A DNA stretch of 63,954 nt, the filler included, from Intoshia linei (lineage: Eukaryota > Animalia > Orthonectida), in NCBI GenBank assembly GCA_001642005.1. It is 3 parts of 3 records of this genome, joined end to end, with 100 filler letters (N's around TTAATTAATTAA, not from the genome) between each part and the next. Parts side by side here need not be neighbours in the genome. Positions count along the whole stretch, not along the records: positions 1 to 20,829 come from LWCA01000667.1; 2 more parts are not named here. One strand, written 5' to 3'. The notes beneath the pieces were generated by a model, which saw only the letters and a list, made by a program, of their open reading frames with translations, was not told the origin of the DNA and ran no database searches. Positions within the stretch are counted from its first letter, which is position 1. The number at the start of each line of letters is the position of its first letter. A program made the position numbers and the translations under genes. Below, one piece after another: positions 1-14,291 of this stretch.

Positions 1-943
1 CGTTAATCAAAAATTCGTTAAACAAAACATTCGTTAAATGAGATTTTGACTGTACAATTAAAACTTTACGTTTGTAAATTTTATATTTTTGTTATTTCTA
101 ATAAATTAATAAATAATTCAAATAAATTAATTTAGAAAAAATATTAGGTAATACTAAATATTTCCCAAATTATATAAATATCAATCTAAAAATTGTAGAC
201 TACAATATATTATAAATTATTTTTAGGAACAGTTGGCAGTAAAAATAAATTAAAATTAATCAAATAAATCAATTTTAAAGGATTAAACTTAAAACCAAGG
301 ATAGTGAACTGTTTTAAATTAGAATACGGCAGTATATAGCTAAATTTTCAATGAAAAATTAGTCAAAAATTTCGGACTACTCGTTGCACCGTCTAACAAT
401 TGAAAAAAGATTAAAGCCTGTTTTTACCTCGTAACACAATTTTCTTCTGTTTTTTCATAAATATAACTGACTTTAGTTTTGAAAAATCGACTTTACGATT
501 TGATAATATGACGTTAGATATGAAAAAACGACTTTATGTACTGCAAATGTCTATAATTATGATAATAGTATTATACATAATATGTAATACCAAGATTGAA
601 TAACAAAAATAGAATTAGTCAGAATTAATTTTTGGGTTATTTTAATATATATTGTATATTAATATACATATATAGTATATTAATTTCGATTAATTTTGCT
701 ATACTTTTTTATATAACATAGTATATAATTATTTATATATATGAATATAATTCACTTAAAAAATATTTCGTAAGGCAGTTCATTATTCTTGATTTAAATT
801 TTATTAAATATAATAATAATTTAAACTTCATAGCAAAAAAAAATAATATTAGAATTCGTTGATTTATACAGACATTTTAATTTAGACATTTTTGGAAACG
901 GTAATGTTTTCATTGGAATGTGTACATTATATTAAAAATTGTA

Positions 944-1556
944 CAGTGCCGTGCAAAATATACTGGCACTTGATAAAAAATATTACTTTATAAACAATTA
1001 TTAAATTCGAAAACATTAAATAATATTTAAAAAATAAAAATTACTCGTACATCCAAATGAGGAGATTTATTCAAGTGAATACTGTAATTGATGCACAATT
1101 TTTTAATTGAAATACAGGCAATTTAAAAATGATAATGAAGATATTAAAATAAAACAGTCGTGCAAAATAAACTGGCATGTTTATTAAAGTTTAATTAAAC
1201 TGTTAATAAATTTTAAAATAATCTTCAAATTGTAACTAAATTTTAAATAGCGATAATTAACAAAATTATAAAGCATGACATTGAAAAATATTTCAAAAGC
1301 GGTATGAACCAATCTGAAATTTCGAGGAAAACCGGGGTTTGCAGATCAAGTGTTCAAAATGTTCTCAAAAAATTTAAAAATGGAGATGGAATTGAACGAA
1401 AAGTTGGTGCAGGTAGGAAACAATTATTCCAGTATTCACTTAAATAAATCTCCTCATTTGTATATTTAAAATATTATTTAATGTTTTTGAATTTAATCAT
1501 TATTTATGAAGAAGTAATATTTTTTAACAAGTCCCAGTTTATTTTGCACGGCACTG
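944..1556 (+). mobile_element. Internally deleted Tc1-family DNA transposon (IR/DR type)
   Basis: TA|CAGTGCCGTGCAAAATA ... TATTTTGCACGGCACTG|TA termini. Inverted repeats extend ~140 bp (AAATGAGGAGATTTATTCAAGTGAATACTG vs CAGTATTCACTTAAATAAATCTCCTCATTT), with an inner direct repeat near 1156. Frameshifted N-terminal HTH remnant ~1270-1420 (GMNQSEISRK/TGVCRSSVQNVLKKFKNGDGIERKVGAGRK). Confidence 0.85.
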
Positions 1557-1737
1557 TATATAGTCTGTATTTACATTTTAATTTAGCTTTATTAACTGGT
1601 ATGTATTTATTATTACGTATATTAGATAATTTAAATATACATATTATATATATTAAACATATATTTTATATAATAATAATAATGTAATAAATCAAAGAAA
1701 ATCAACGTTTTGATTTACTACGTAAATGTACGTATAC

Positions 1738-2683
1738 TAGGGTTGTCAATTTGCCGAATAAATTTTTAATGGTAAATTTTTTTTAAATATCAAAAATATT
1801 TATATAAGTTATTTAAACATACATTATATGGATTTACTATATTTTGAAATAGTATTTTAAGAATATGAATGCATTAACAACAGCTGCGGATATTGCTGGT
1901 CGCCTATATTAATTATATTACCGGTAGCATGAACTACCCTCTCTGACTCATAATGGTAGGTTTAATACTTCTTAGTGTGGGTATATCTTGTTTACATTAT
2001 CGGTTATCACTCATTGTCTTTTGAAAATTGACAATTCACCTATTAATGTTTTTTAATATTTTTTGAAAATGAAACACCACCCTCGAAAAACTGTAATTGA
2101 AATATGGAATTTTTAAAACTTGACTCCTCTTACATTTTATAATCTGGAATAAACAAATAAATAAACTGACATACATTTATAACTAACATAAATATAATTA
2201 AGTATAATATATAATAAAGTATCTTTTAACCTTTAACCTAATAACAACCTTTTGCATCTCATTGACCACTTTTTTATATCAAAAAATTTACACATGATAA
2301 ATTTCAATTTTAACTGAAGAGAAATGTTTCTAGTATATTCTTCAAAATAAAGTCTGGAACAATCTGAAAATGCAGTTTTAAAATAATTATAATGAGCGAA
2401 TTATAGTAGAAAATGTTTAAAACGGTGTTTTAAAGTTGAAATTTTCAAAAATAAATAATTTATATATTTACTCAAAAGGCCACCAAATTTATTCTGTGGG
2501 CCACTGGCTACTAACCCCTATAATAATATAGGTTTAATAGGTATAAACATTACATTATATATTTGATTGTGTATATTAGTTGTATGAGTTAAGATTTACC
2601 GTTATAAATTTAAAAAAAAATTTACCGATAAAAACATTTTTACCGATAATTTACCGGTAAATGTTTATCGATTGCCAACCCTA
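1738..2683. mobile_element. Degenerate hAT-like non-autonomous element carrying nested repeat fragments
   Basis: TAGGGTTGTCAAT ... ATTGCCAACCCTA termini, subterminal TTTACCG repeats, imperfect TSD (acgtatac/gtatatac). Contains a partial copy (~2243-2519) of the MITE at 8646-8946. Confidence 0.55.
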
Positions 2684-3199
2684 GTATATACAGACATGAC
2701 GAGAAATTTTAACCACACCCAAATTCATATTAAAAATTTAATGAACTGTTTCTTCCATTTAATTTTAATTGACTTCTTTCAGATGTAGTATTAAAATTAT
2801 ACTAATACATATTATAATATGTACATAATTATGTATGACGATTTTCTAATATTAATTTTTTAATGTTATTTCTTTAATTTCATTTTCTATATTTTGTTAA
2901 AAAAGTTAATGACTTCACTCAAAACATGAACAGTATTGCTGTAATTATAAAATCATCGTTTGAATAATTAATTTTAATTTCATTTGACAAAAAATCCTAA
3001 TTTATGATTCCTAAATTTATTTCAGTTCATGTTCATCATAATTTAAAGTATAGGAATTACAGCACATTGTGTTGTATTTTATTTTTTGTTATTTGGTGTA
3101 TTCTTTTATTCCAATTTTTAATTTAAATTTAATTCCATTTTTGTAAGTTCTTATCGTAAATAACAGAAAAGAATAAGAGATCAAAAATCTACGAATTAC

Positions 3200-3867
3200 C
3201 TAATATTTTGAATATTTTTCCGTCCTCACTTGACATCAACCATCTAATTTCAGAAATTAGGACATATGTTTATTTTATACAGGTTTTAGAAAAATTATAA
3301 ATTTTTTGTCATCATGTTATTATTTATTTCCATATTATGTTAACTACCATTGCAACTTTTATCATCGTTAAGTGGGCCGAATAGCATGCGACCCAGAGTT
3401 ATAGTTTCGTCATCGTGACTTATATAATTGGTTTATTGGCATCAGAATTTGACATCTTAATATTTTAGGATTAACTTATAATTTGATAAATCGTGCGAAT
3501 CCGATGGCTGCGATGTATTCAACGTATCCACACACAAATTCAATGATAGCTGCAGCTGCCTAATAATGACCATCTATCTGAATAAAGTATCTATTGCCAT
3601 TTATTAAAATAATTGAAGTATTTAGCACTATATAAACTATATAATATTAACGGTAATATTTGTTAGGGTAATAAATTCTATGTCAATTTTGCCATTAAGT
3701 GCAGACAAAACATTGGTGGAACCTTGTAAACCAAACACATTTATTTTATAAAGATTAGATTCTAGACTCTAAATAATTTGAAAAATATTATTTGATGATA
3801 CAGTGGTAATGCGATCATATGTACAGCTAATTGCATAATAAATTTCTACAATAATTAATACTTTCAT
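3200..3867 (-). CDS. Possible multi-exon gene of unknown function (splicing unresolved)
   Basis: ATG at 3867 (MKVLIIVEIYYAISCTYDRITT), then a short GT-AG intron and SLESNLYKINVFGLQGSTNVLSALNGKIDIEFITLTNIT. Further GC-richer exon-like blocks follow. No family recognised. Confidence 0.25.
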
Positions 3868-5591
3868 TTCAATTTTATTAAAAATTTATGGTTCAGTCCC
3901 ACAAGTGTAAATAAAAGATAAAATAAATAAAATATAATTATTAACAAATGTAAATTGAAAATTTTCAACTCAAATGTAGTATTACAAATAATGTGTTATC
4001 CATTTTTAAAAATGCTAATTCATACCTAATGAAAGGATCTACAAATACTATAAATGTCTGAATAATATCCAGCAAAAATAATATTTTTATTTATCAAATT
4101 GTAAACTAAATTTAAATTTAATTTGAAGTTTTCATATTATCTAGAAATTTAAAGTTACTTTTACAATTTTATGTATGTATGAACGAATGTTTGTATGATC
4201 GAATCACCACTGTACAAATGTGTTTTAAAATTCGTTTTTGGTCAGTAATATGTGGTTTTTTGAGGTTGAAATTTTTTCTCTACAATCTTTTTTTAGTGTG
4301 AAAATTTATAAACTGTTAATTAAATAAAAATACATTGTAAGTGAAAAAACACATTTTCTTATAATATGTTTGGACCATTACGATTCTTCGATTGAAACTA
4401 CATTTTTAATTCTGGGTAGGCGATAACATACCAGGACAATGGAAAGATGATAAGGGTCATATAACCGGGCCTAGAATCATGATGGACATTTTACTATATA
4501 GGGATTACTTTTATATATTTTGAAAACCTTTTATTTTATTTTAATTATAGATTAATAGAATTATTCCTCAAAAATAAATTTATAATAAAATTAAAGAATT
4601 AATAATTTGTTTTACGTAGTTACTATGAAGCATAGTCTATTTTAATATCTTTTACGTAGATCCAACAACTTTTAAACTAATTATTAAAAATTTCCAATAC
4701 TTTTTAAGCTAATTTTAAAAACTGATTAAAATTGTAATAATTAGGTAATTTTTGAAATTGTTGTGTTAATCACTTTAATATTTTCATTTAAAAAATACTT
4801 TAGAAACTTAGTCTACAATTTGCATTATATTACAAATTTAAATTAATAATTCATAAAAAATATCATAAATACTAATAATTTCAAATATTCTTTTTGAGTA
4901 TAAATTAATCTATCTATATTATCAATCACAAAATGAAATCAGGAGATATGATAAATTGGAATACAATTTTTTGTATGAATGAATCTTTCGATAATACAAT
5001 GTGGAAATTACAGAATTCCAAAATTCTAAAACGTTCAACTGTGAAAACTACAACTACAAAGTACGTTCAATAACGACACTAACCTCGACTATATCATATG
5101 AATGTAATAATGACATAGATTATCACACTTGCAAAAGTGATATTGACCACAAAAAATTAGAACCTTTGACTTTTTCGAGATGTGAAGGTTAAATCGTTAT
5201 TAAAACATTATTATATTTTTAATGTTTAAACATATTTTAAAAATGTTTTTCACATCCCAAATAATTGTAATATAAGCATAAAAAAAGGTTTTAAATTTTT
5301 TTTGGTAATTCCAGTCTCTATACATGTATCAACATTGGTGATTCAGCAACCATCCGTCAATTTTCTTTCTAATTTTTACAATATGATTTTCTTCTATGTG
5401 ATATGATGTTAACCAAAACTTTTTAAAAAGTTTTAAAATTTTGTGCCGTGTAACACTACATGTTTTAAATTTTCTTCAAAAAATAATCCCCTTAATATGT
5501 CGCTATTTTTAAGATAAAAATATCAATAAAAAATACAATTTCCAAAAAATTTATTTCAAATTAATTAGAAATTTAATGTAATTATACACAT

Positions 5592-8500
5592 TCATCCCTG
5601 TCTATAAGTATTTCCCCATCCACGCTTGTGAGCTAAAAGTACATGAATAACAAAATCAAATAGTCATACTGTCTTTATAATCGTCCCATTTTCGTTGTTT
5701 TTCCAATTTTTTATCAGAAATATCATCATCCGAATGATTACCACAATCGAATAAGACTTCATTCCTTTGTTGTAAATATTTGTTAGAAATAATCACATTT
5801 AATTTATCAGCTTCCATTTTTTCTGAGCTAAAAATGCTTATAAAAACAGATCAATATTAATAAATAAAAACTCTGGGAAAATGCCCAAATTTATCATATT
5901 ATCAACATGTTCAGCTGTAGAATAAATACTTTGAGATGGATAACCTATCCCAAATACTTTATTTTTAATATCAATTTTGTTTTTGAATTGTTTCGATGAT
6001 TCAATTTTTATCTAATTTAAAATTTCTAAAGACTTTAATAATATATTACAGCTGTAGGTATATTGGGTTTTTGAATAGAGCTTGATACAAGATGCTCATT
6101 TGCATTTGGTATATTATTTAATATCATCATTTCATCTAAATTCTCAACAGTATTAATTAAATTTACATCTGTTTCACATTGAGTGATTAAATTAATTAAT
6201 ATTAATTGTAAATGAAACAAAAAGAATTGAATCAAAAACACATTCACTTCCAATAAAAATGTTAATTGTTTTAAGCCAAAAATTTTGTAAAACAGACCTG
6301 TTTTCGAAATTGAGCATTAAAAAATTATATTCTTGAATATCATAACTATTTTATGTGTTAGTATATGACACTATGCAACGTTTTGAATTTTTTGACTGGT
6401 TTATTTTTCATTTTCAGGTGACCTCGAGCTTGGTAGATTCGGTTCTGGTAATTATCATTCACAGTGATAGTGACAATAGCTTCTCTAAATTACCTATTAA
6501 TGAATCGATTTCTTGATAAGCACATTGGATAAAAAAATGAACAATTTTCAAAGCAAATGGTTTCTAATATTAAAATTAATATTAAATTAATTAATTATTT
6601 AATTTTAATAATACGATTGAATGCAACCATAGTATTTTAGGCCGAAAAACTCTATACTGTATATTAGGATGTCACATTTTTTGGAAAATTTTAGAATTCG
6701 ATAGACAATTAGCACTAAAAGTGTGTATTTTTAAAATAAAAAAACTAATTCGCAATCAAAAATATTTAACGCTATCCATTCGAGTTGCGTTTGTCATTTT
6801 AAATATCACTGTATAAATATTATGGAGAAATTAAAACTGAACTTTATTTTAATGTAAATTGGCGTATGAGCTTTTAAACGTGGTACGACTTTATAATATT
6901 GTTATCCATGTTTAGTTATACAGTTTATTTTTTTAAATTTTTAATTTTTATCAACCAATATGTGAAAAATATTGGTTGATAATATATTAAAAATTATTTT
7001 TCACCGGGAATGCCTAGATTTCTGGGGTTGAAATATTGTATTTATATCAACTGGAATAAGCTCTATCAGAATAATTTTTTTTTTTAATTTTCGGACTGTT
7101 AATTATTTCACATATTTTGTTTTAATAAAATATTTCGGAAAAAAAATATATGAATACTAAAATGCTTTTTTGACCAATTTTTGACCGTGAAGTCGTCACT
7201 TATATGGATTGAAATTTTTTGTGTGTGTTAACAGGATACAATTGTACCACCTGTAATGTTTTTAAATTCTAGGGCTGTTTTCATTAAAAAATAAGGGTAA
7301 TTTGGGGTTTTGGCCCTGAAAATATAATGTTTTTAAATTTAAATTTATGATAATGTTTATGATTTTAAAATCCGCATCAGCGTGTTTTAAATTCTCCAAC
7401 TCGTTTGATTTTCAAAAAGAGATACAACTGGGGTTTTTGACCAGTTCTAAATTCTAATACAAAACTTTTCATGATTTGCATAACAAATTGGTACAGTGTG
7501 TATAGAAACATTCAATTTCATTTTACCGACATGAATAGTTTCACGAAAAAAAAAATGAATCTGTAAACATTATAATATCGTATTACTCGGTCCATATAAT
7601 TTTCAAAATAATCTAGATTTAATTTTTCTACGTTTTCAATATCTTTTTTTGTCATTTGGTAATTTTTGAAATTGTTGATTTTATTTAAACGTTTTGAGTC
7701 TAAACTAGCTAAAATTATATAAATGTTGAAAGGATTGACAACGAATGGTAAAAACGTTAATTCAATATACAAAAATGTATGAAATTGGTAATCGCGGGCC
7801 GCATGGACCTTGTCCATTAAACATGCTATAAGATTGATAAAATAATCTATAAAATATATATAATATATGTTGATAATTAATATTCTGAAAACAATCATTT
7901 TTAATATCAACTTTAATCATTTTAAACAAATATACAACCCTGAGGGTTGTAGTACTAGTACCCTAGATAACCACAGGGTTGAACAGTGTAACTTAAAATA
8001 ACATTGAACTCATACACAAAAAAAAATAAACCTTTCAAATTTCAAAACATTTGATTCATCGAGATAATTAGCCAAAATTTTGAAATCATAGCTTTTTACC
8101 AATTGTAAATAATGTTTATAGGATTCCTAAAAAGTGGATAAAAATAAAATGGCAATAAAGTATCTATAAATGAAAAAAATTTCACTAAAACCTCATAATT
8201 ACTTATAAACTTGGGTATTACCGGGATCGTAAATCTTCGTAATTTTAAAGGCCAAAATATAATTAAAAGGTTTTTTTTTAATGGTAATAATCAATTTTTA
8301 TTAATTTAAGTGAATATATTTAAACAAAGAGTTGAACCGGCATTATAACTGTGTCAATAAATTTTTTTAAAAAATATCTTAATATTATTGCCATTAATGC
8401 ATATCGTTATATTCTTGTCCGAATGGTGACGGTAAAAACAGTTTATCAATTTAATAAAGACGTACTAATGTAGCAGTAACACGATCAAGTCTATTTTCAT

Positions 8501-9823
8501 AATGGTTTTTGCTTTGATTAGGTGAATTATATAATAAAAATGCCCATATAAATGGAACCAACAAATATCTAAATAAAGATAATAAATACATTGTTAATAA
8601 TATTTGATAATATTATTAATAAATAAATAAATTAAAGTTGTATATCAAGGGACGACAACCTTTTGCATCTAGTGGGCCACTTTTTTATATCAAAAAATTT
8701 TATGGCTCCGTTTTTGAAAATTTACACGATAGATTAAATTTTAACTTAAGAGAAACGTTTCTAGTATTGAACAAAATAAAATCCGGGACGATCTGAAAAT
8801 TAAGTATTCAACTGGTTATAATGAACCAATTAATTAGAAAATTTTTAAAACGGTGTTAAAGTTGAAAAATTAACAAATAAATAATTTACGTATTTACTCA
8901 AAGGATCCCCAAAATTATTCTGTGGGCCACTGTTTGCCGACCCCTGTTGTATGTGCTCAATTATTGTAGCTATTTCTCAAATCAAATAAAATTATCTATT
9001 CCTATGTTGACAAATTCTTAAAAACTTGAAATTCTTCTGAAAAACACTTGTTTTTATTTTTATCGTACAAAACTTTTCAATATACTTTATCAAATACTAA
9101 CAAACTAAATTGTATAATTAAATTTCAATATAAAAATTGTATTTTAGGCAATATAGTACTTTTAAACTTTAAATTCAATTTATGCAAAACCATGTTTATA
9201 CGCAAAAAACATTATAACTCTAACACTGCGAAATACTAAATATAAATTAGTCAAAGCACTACTGTACTATAAAAGTTTTAGCACACTAATACCAGCTGTA
9301 AAAATAAACTTTATCTTTTCTTCATGGATGGTATCAATATCTTCATTCTTTGAAAAAAAACAAGAATCCTTGATGAAAATCATTAATTGTTGACAATCTT
9401 TAATCATTTCTTCAATTTTCTATAAATAATATAATTTTACAACAGATTAATCCGCTTGGTGTACATTGTTAATTAGACCCTGAAACGAAAAGGGTATAGG
9501 ATTAAAACATAATTAAACTATTTATAATTTTATTATATAAAATGACTATGTGTGTGGTAAGATTTGAAATTTTTTAGCATTTCTATATTTTACAATTACT
9601 TCATATGAAGTATATAACACGCATAGTTTTAATATATAAATAGAGGAATATCAGAAAATTTCTCATAGAACATACAAAAACGTTTAAAATGTTTTTGTAC
9701 ATCACAATAAATATAAAAAATTACTGGTTTTAACTCGATATCACTGTCTAAATTTTTTAAGACAACGCATCTAATCAAGTTATTTATTAATTTTGAATTT
9801 GAATCAGGATTAAAATTATTCAT
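5592..9823 (-). CDS. IGBP1: IGBP1/TAP42 (alpha4) PP2A-family phosphatase regulator, ~10 exons
   Basis: Spliced exons give FFSKNEDIDTIHEEKIK|YLLVPF (cf. LFSRNEDLEEIASTDLKYLLVP), SKRLNKINNFK, KVFGIGYPS (cf. KVFGAGYPS) and C-terminal QRKWDDYKDTHKRGWGNTYRQG* (cf. WDDWKDTHPRGYGNRQNMG*). Stop at 5592-5594. The first exon (ATG 9823) is less certain. Confidence 0.88.
6950..7445 (-). mobile_element. Internal fragment of Helitron-like family, in an IGBP1 intron
   Basis: Collinear with 21410-21880 (TATTTTTCACCGGGAATGC...GTGTGTTAACAGGATACAA.TGTACCACCTGT...). Confidence 0.75.
8646..8946. mobile_element. hAT MITE in an IGBP1 intron
   Basis: CAAGGGACGACAA ... TTGCCGACCCCTG termini. 8-bp TSD TTGTATAT/TTGTATGT. 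Second partial copy at ~2243-2519. Confidence 0.75.
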
Positions 9824-10389
9824 TTGAACGAAAGTTTATTTGCAGTTCGCGACAGCTATTATGCTCAGATTTTATCCATCCTTTTCCGATTGAATTGAAA
9901 GTTTTCGTGTCCGTTCACAATATCGTAAATCACATGATCGTAAATCAAAAGATCGTATTTATTTTGTTTAAGTTTAAATTAAATAATTCATTAACTAGTT
10001 CATTTAATTTAGACTACAGACCCAAGTTAAAACTGAAATATTAAGATACCATATTCTACCTACAAACCATATTACAAAAAAAAATAAAAATATTCTATGG
10101 TGTTCACACCAGAGAATATTTTTTATCCAATTCAATTTACCATATTTAGTTTAGTTATGAAGTTTATTTTTTTACGATCTTTTGATATTGCGCCGAAAGT
10201 TTTTACTCGGGCATATTTGTTTCCATGCCATTCCATATACATTAGAGGTGTGAATTTTAGATTTTTTTTCAAAAATATAAAAGTGCTCCCAATTACGATA
10301 AATAAATAAACTGTTTTCAATAAATCAATCGGACAGAAAATACTTTAAAAAGGATGTAAAAAGGCCTCGGGTGTAAAATTGCTCTGATT

Positions 10390-10819
10390 TCTGAATATAC
10401 ATTTGTATGTCATTACATTGAAAATGACAAAATAAGTTTTTTATAATTTTATTTTTTCATGAATTTACGCTATTTATGACAATTTTTAGGATCGAAATGT
10501 TTTTACTTTATTTTTAATATTATACACATTCTGTATAATAAATTAAAAAAATGGAATAATAATTGTTTTTAAAATTATTTACGCAAGTGTTAACAAAACT
10601 AAATTAAGATGAAATAATTCACTTTAAAGTAAAAAGTAATGTGATATGACGGTTCCACCTGAAACAAAATTACAACAACTTTTTTAAAAAATTAATAATA
10701 GTGAACAGTAGGATTTTTAAGTTAAATTTTCAACATGAATTTATTTTTTTGGTATAATAAAAGAGTGCCCTCGGCAGAGCTAGGTGATGTTTGTACGTAG
10801 TACAAAACTGCCAAGCTAG
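10390..10819 (+). mobile_element. 3' part of Helitron-like family with terminal hairpin and CTAG
   Basis: TTTGTAC-GTA-GTACAAA hairpin followed by ACTGCCAAG-CTAG|T. Homologous to 12966-13207 and 31430-31938. Confidence 0.75.
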
Positions 10820-10910
10820 TTATAAATATAATTTTTAAAACCTTAACATTTATTTTAATTGTTGTTACCATCGTTTTTATTTTTTAATTTGATATCACGT
10901 TGCTGTAATG

Positions 10911-11124
10911 CAAGGGTTCCGACTTTTTTCACGGCGGAAGGGTAATAAATTGTAATATTTATTGAGGACCATTAAAGCGAAATTGCTACTATTAAAAAAA
11001 ATTGATAAAAAACGTAATAAATTGACTTCTAATTAGTAAAAAATTTTTCGCAATTATTTCCCGAACCGGTAAATAATTTTTACGGAACTGTACTACTCCG
11101 CGGAGTAGCATTTGGGAAACACTG
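10911..11124. mobile_element. hAT-like MITE
   Basis: CAAGGGTTCC ... GGGAAACACTG termini. A related left end occurs at ~36266 (CAGGGGTTCCCATACTTTTTTCACGG). TSD degenerate. Confidence 0.5.
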
Positions 11125-12204
11125 GTATAATATATCACGTGTCGTATAATAGCTCTTATAATCAGAAGGATCGTTCTGGAAATTTAGTAATTTTAGCCAA
11201 ATATCTATTTTTCACACATTACTTCTCTAGAAACCGGTACGCGGGTACCCGTTGTAAAATATTTAACAAAGATTGAAATTTGGAGATATACATGATAATA
11301 AATCTGATTTACTACATCATAGCTCAAAAACTCTACAATTTGTATAATAAAAAATTCATTATTAATATTGCTTTGAATAGCATTGTAAGGAAATTATCAA
11401 AACTATCGTGGAATATAACATTTAAGCGACGTCCAAATCTGAAAAAAAGTGATGCATTTCGATCAAATCGAACGAACAAATTTGACATCTAAGATTATTC
11501 TTTTACCAACAATAGAGAATATGTAAATTAATATAAACTTGTATTAAAAATTGGTATTGAATACTTCAGCTCTTATATAGAAGAATTATATCTCCTCATC
11601 CATCAAAAACAGCGCGGTTACCTAAAATTTATTTTGCAATACATTGTTGGATCAATGAAACTGTGTTTGAAAAAATTGTTTTATATCAGACTACCTTTTT
11701 TTGGGATCAGAATTTCTGATCATTCAGAAATGTTCCTCTTTCTGTTTTACCGAAAATTTGCAAATATTGCGCATATTTTTCAGTATCACCTCATTAAGTT
11801 GTTCTAACAAATGAGGTTGTATACCCATTTTATGTATACCGATACTATAAATATATTTGAAGGTCAATAGAAATTTAAATAAAGTTTAAATAAAGTAGAT
11901 ATGTATAGTATTACATACATGTTGTGTTGTATGATTGAAAACGAAATATATAAATAATATAATTATAATATACCGCAGTGTTAGATTTATAATGTTCTAT
12001 TTGACTTTTTGATAAACATGATGTTTTTGATGAAAATTGTTGCAAATCATATCTTTTAGATAAAAAATTAAGCTTGAAAACGTATTATTTTATGAGATAA
12101 CGAACATTTACTGGTACAATTATTAGATCTCGACTTGATAATTCCTTATCAAATGCCTATTAAACATAACCTCACAAAGAAATTATATCTTCACGACCAA
12201 AACA

Positions 12205-13207
12205 ATAAATTACTTTTTTTATGAAAACAGCCCTATACTTTAAAAAAATTACAGGGGGTACAGTTGTATCCTGTTAACACACACAAAAATTTCAATCTGA
12301 ATAAGTAACGAGTTCACGGTCAAAAACACATTTTAGTATTCATATATTTTTTTTCCAAAATATTTTATTAAAACAAAAAATGTGAATTAATTAGCAGTCC
12401 GAAAATTAAAAAAAAAGAAGATGATTCTGATAAAAGATAAATAAAGTGATGAAATGATAAAGCTTATTCCAGTTAATATAAATACAAAATTTCAATCTTA
12501 GAAATCTACGAATTCCCGGTGAAAAATAATTTTTAATGTATTATTAACAATATTTTTATAATATTTTGATTAAAATAACAATTGAAAATGTAAATATTGA
12601 TCCTACAATTTCAAAAAAATGTGCATTGAACGTCTACACAAGGGTGCACAACCTTTCTACTAATTCAGCTGCAAAGCTACTTTATTCATTGATTCTACGG
12701 CCGCAAAAAATTTACTTTGATACTGAGAAAGTTTACATCCATATTAAGAAAGTGGCCAAAGTCAAAAATGTAACTTTTTGATATAAATATGTTAATAAAA
12801 TTAATAATCCTTGAATAACATCTGATTTAAACTTTTCAATTTAAATTAAAATAATATGTACAATGTATTGCATTATGATCACATGGATTACCTACGGCCG
12901 CAAATAAACGCTCTCATGACCGCACCCGGACGTACGGCCGCAGATTGTGCACCCCTGGTCTACACTGTAATTAAAATTCTTTACCCAAATGTTAACAAAC
13001 AAAAAATTAACAAAGAATAATTCACTTCAAAATAAAAAGTAATGTGATATGATGGTTCCATCTGAAACAAGTTTGGGAACCACTCCTTTAAAGTATTGAT
13101 AATAGTGAATATTAGAATTTTTAAGTTAGATTTTAAACGTGAATTTATTTTTTTGGTATAATAAAAATGTGCACTCGGCAGAGCTAGGTGCTGTTTGTAC
13201 GTAGTAT
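12205..13207 (+). mobile_element. Helitron-like copy interrupted by a hAT MITE
   Basis: 12205-12630 matches the family core; 12966-13207 matches the 3' part up to the GTTTGTACGTAGTA hairpin. Confidence 0.7.
12640..12957. mobile_element. hAT MITE nested in the Helitron copy
   Basis: (C)AAGGGTGCACA ... TGTGCACCCCTG TIRs. 8-bp TSD GTCTACAC at 12632-12639 and 12958-12965. Subterminal TACGGCCGCA repeats. Confidence 0.85.
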
Positions 13208-13221
13208 ATAAAAGTTAACCT

Positions 13222-14150
13222 TGTTACTTATAAAAATAAATGCTTATATTAAAATGTGCCTCAATTTAAATAAAATTTAATTTTTAAAATAGAGTTAATC
13301 GACCTGTAATTAACTGTTTAATTAATATATTGTTTTGTAATACATACAAACGTGGATAACTCAGCCGAGAATTGGCTTTTCAATTATATTTAATTTAATG
13401 AATTTAAAATCCTAATACTGGAGTCAAAGTTAAGACGAATAATAAGGTTTAGCAAGTTAATTACAAGGTTAAGTTAAATTTAAAAAACATAAAATATAAA
13501 AATTAATTCTTTTACGCCAATTTTTTGGCGACCCGTTACGACCGTTTGAATAATACAATTATACTATTAATACTGAAACGGACACGATAGTTTTGGTAAT
13601 TTTAATATTATCTAGGCCCTAAGGAAAATCTGACTAATCTGAATACTAACAAATGGAAAATGTTGAAAAAATTGTTGAATCATAGTGATTTTATTTTTAT
13701 AATGGAAAAAAAAGATTGGATGAGTCATTAACCCCGATTAATGCAATTGAAATGTTGATTAAATCGTCAAAAGTCGAATTTACATATAAAAACGAGGTTA
13801 TATTTTTTGCTACTAAACAGTTGAAGGATGAATCAATACAAGAATTTTGTAGTCGCTTGAAAAATTTGACTTTAGAAATTAGTTGGTGTCAGATAGAAAC
13901 AAATCGACATATTTGTAACGTTCTAAAGGTAAACTTTCTGCGATGTAATCTCCTACCTATCGAATATTGGAAAAACGAAAAGCTGAATACAATTGTGTCA
14001 ATATTGACTAATATACCAGTGAGTAATGTAATACCAAAATCTATTCATTTTGCCGATATTCGTTGTTTCAAGTGTAATAATCGTGGTCATATTGCACCAC
14101 GTTGTAAAATTAAAACTACAAATAAAGCTACAAAAAGTGATAATTATCGA
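13222..14150 (+). mobile_element. Ty3/gypsy-like LTR retrotransposon remnant (putative LTR, PBS, gag)
   Basis: Putative LTR TGTTAC...CGCCA (13222-13519) followed by PBS-like TGGCGACCCGT at 13526. Gag-like ORF downstream. No pol and no second LTR seen. Confidence 0.6.
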
Positions 14151-14291
14151 TTTACCAAGTCCACTCAGAATTCTGTTGATGGAGAATTTGATGATACACA
14201 AAAGGTAATTCTCGTTTGTTTTAACATGACGAAAACGAGATATCACTGTATTTGCCAAAAACCCAATTTCGAAATTTCAGGTAAAAAATAG
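13716..14291 (+). pseudogene. Gag-like protein with CCHC zinc knuckle (truncated)
   Basis: KQLKDESIQEFCSRLKNL (retrotransposon gag QxxxESIxxF motif) and CFKCNNRGHIAPRC (CX2CX4HX4C). No ATG start. Confidence 0.75.
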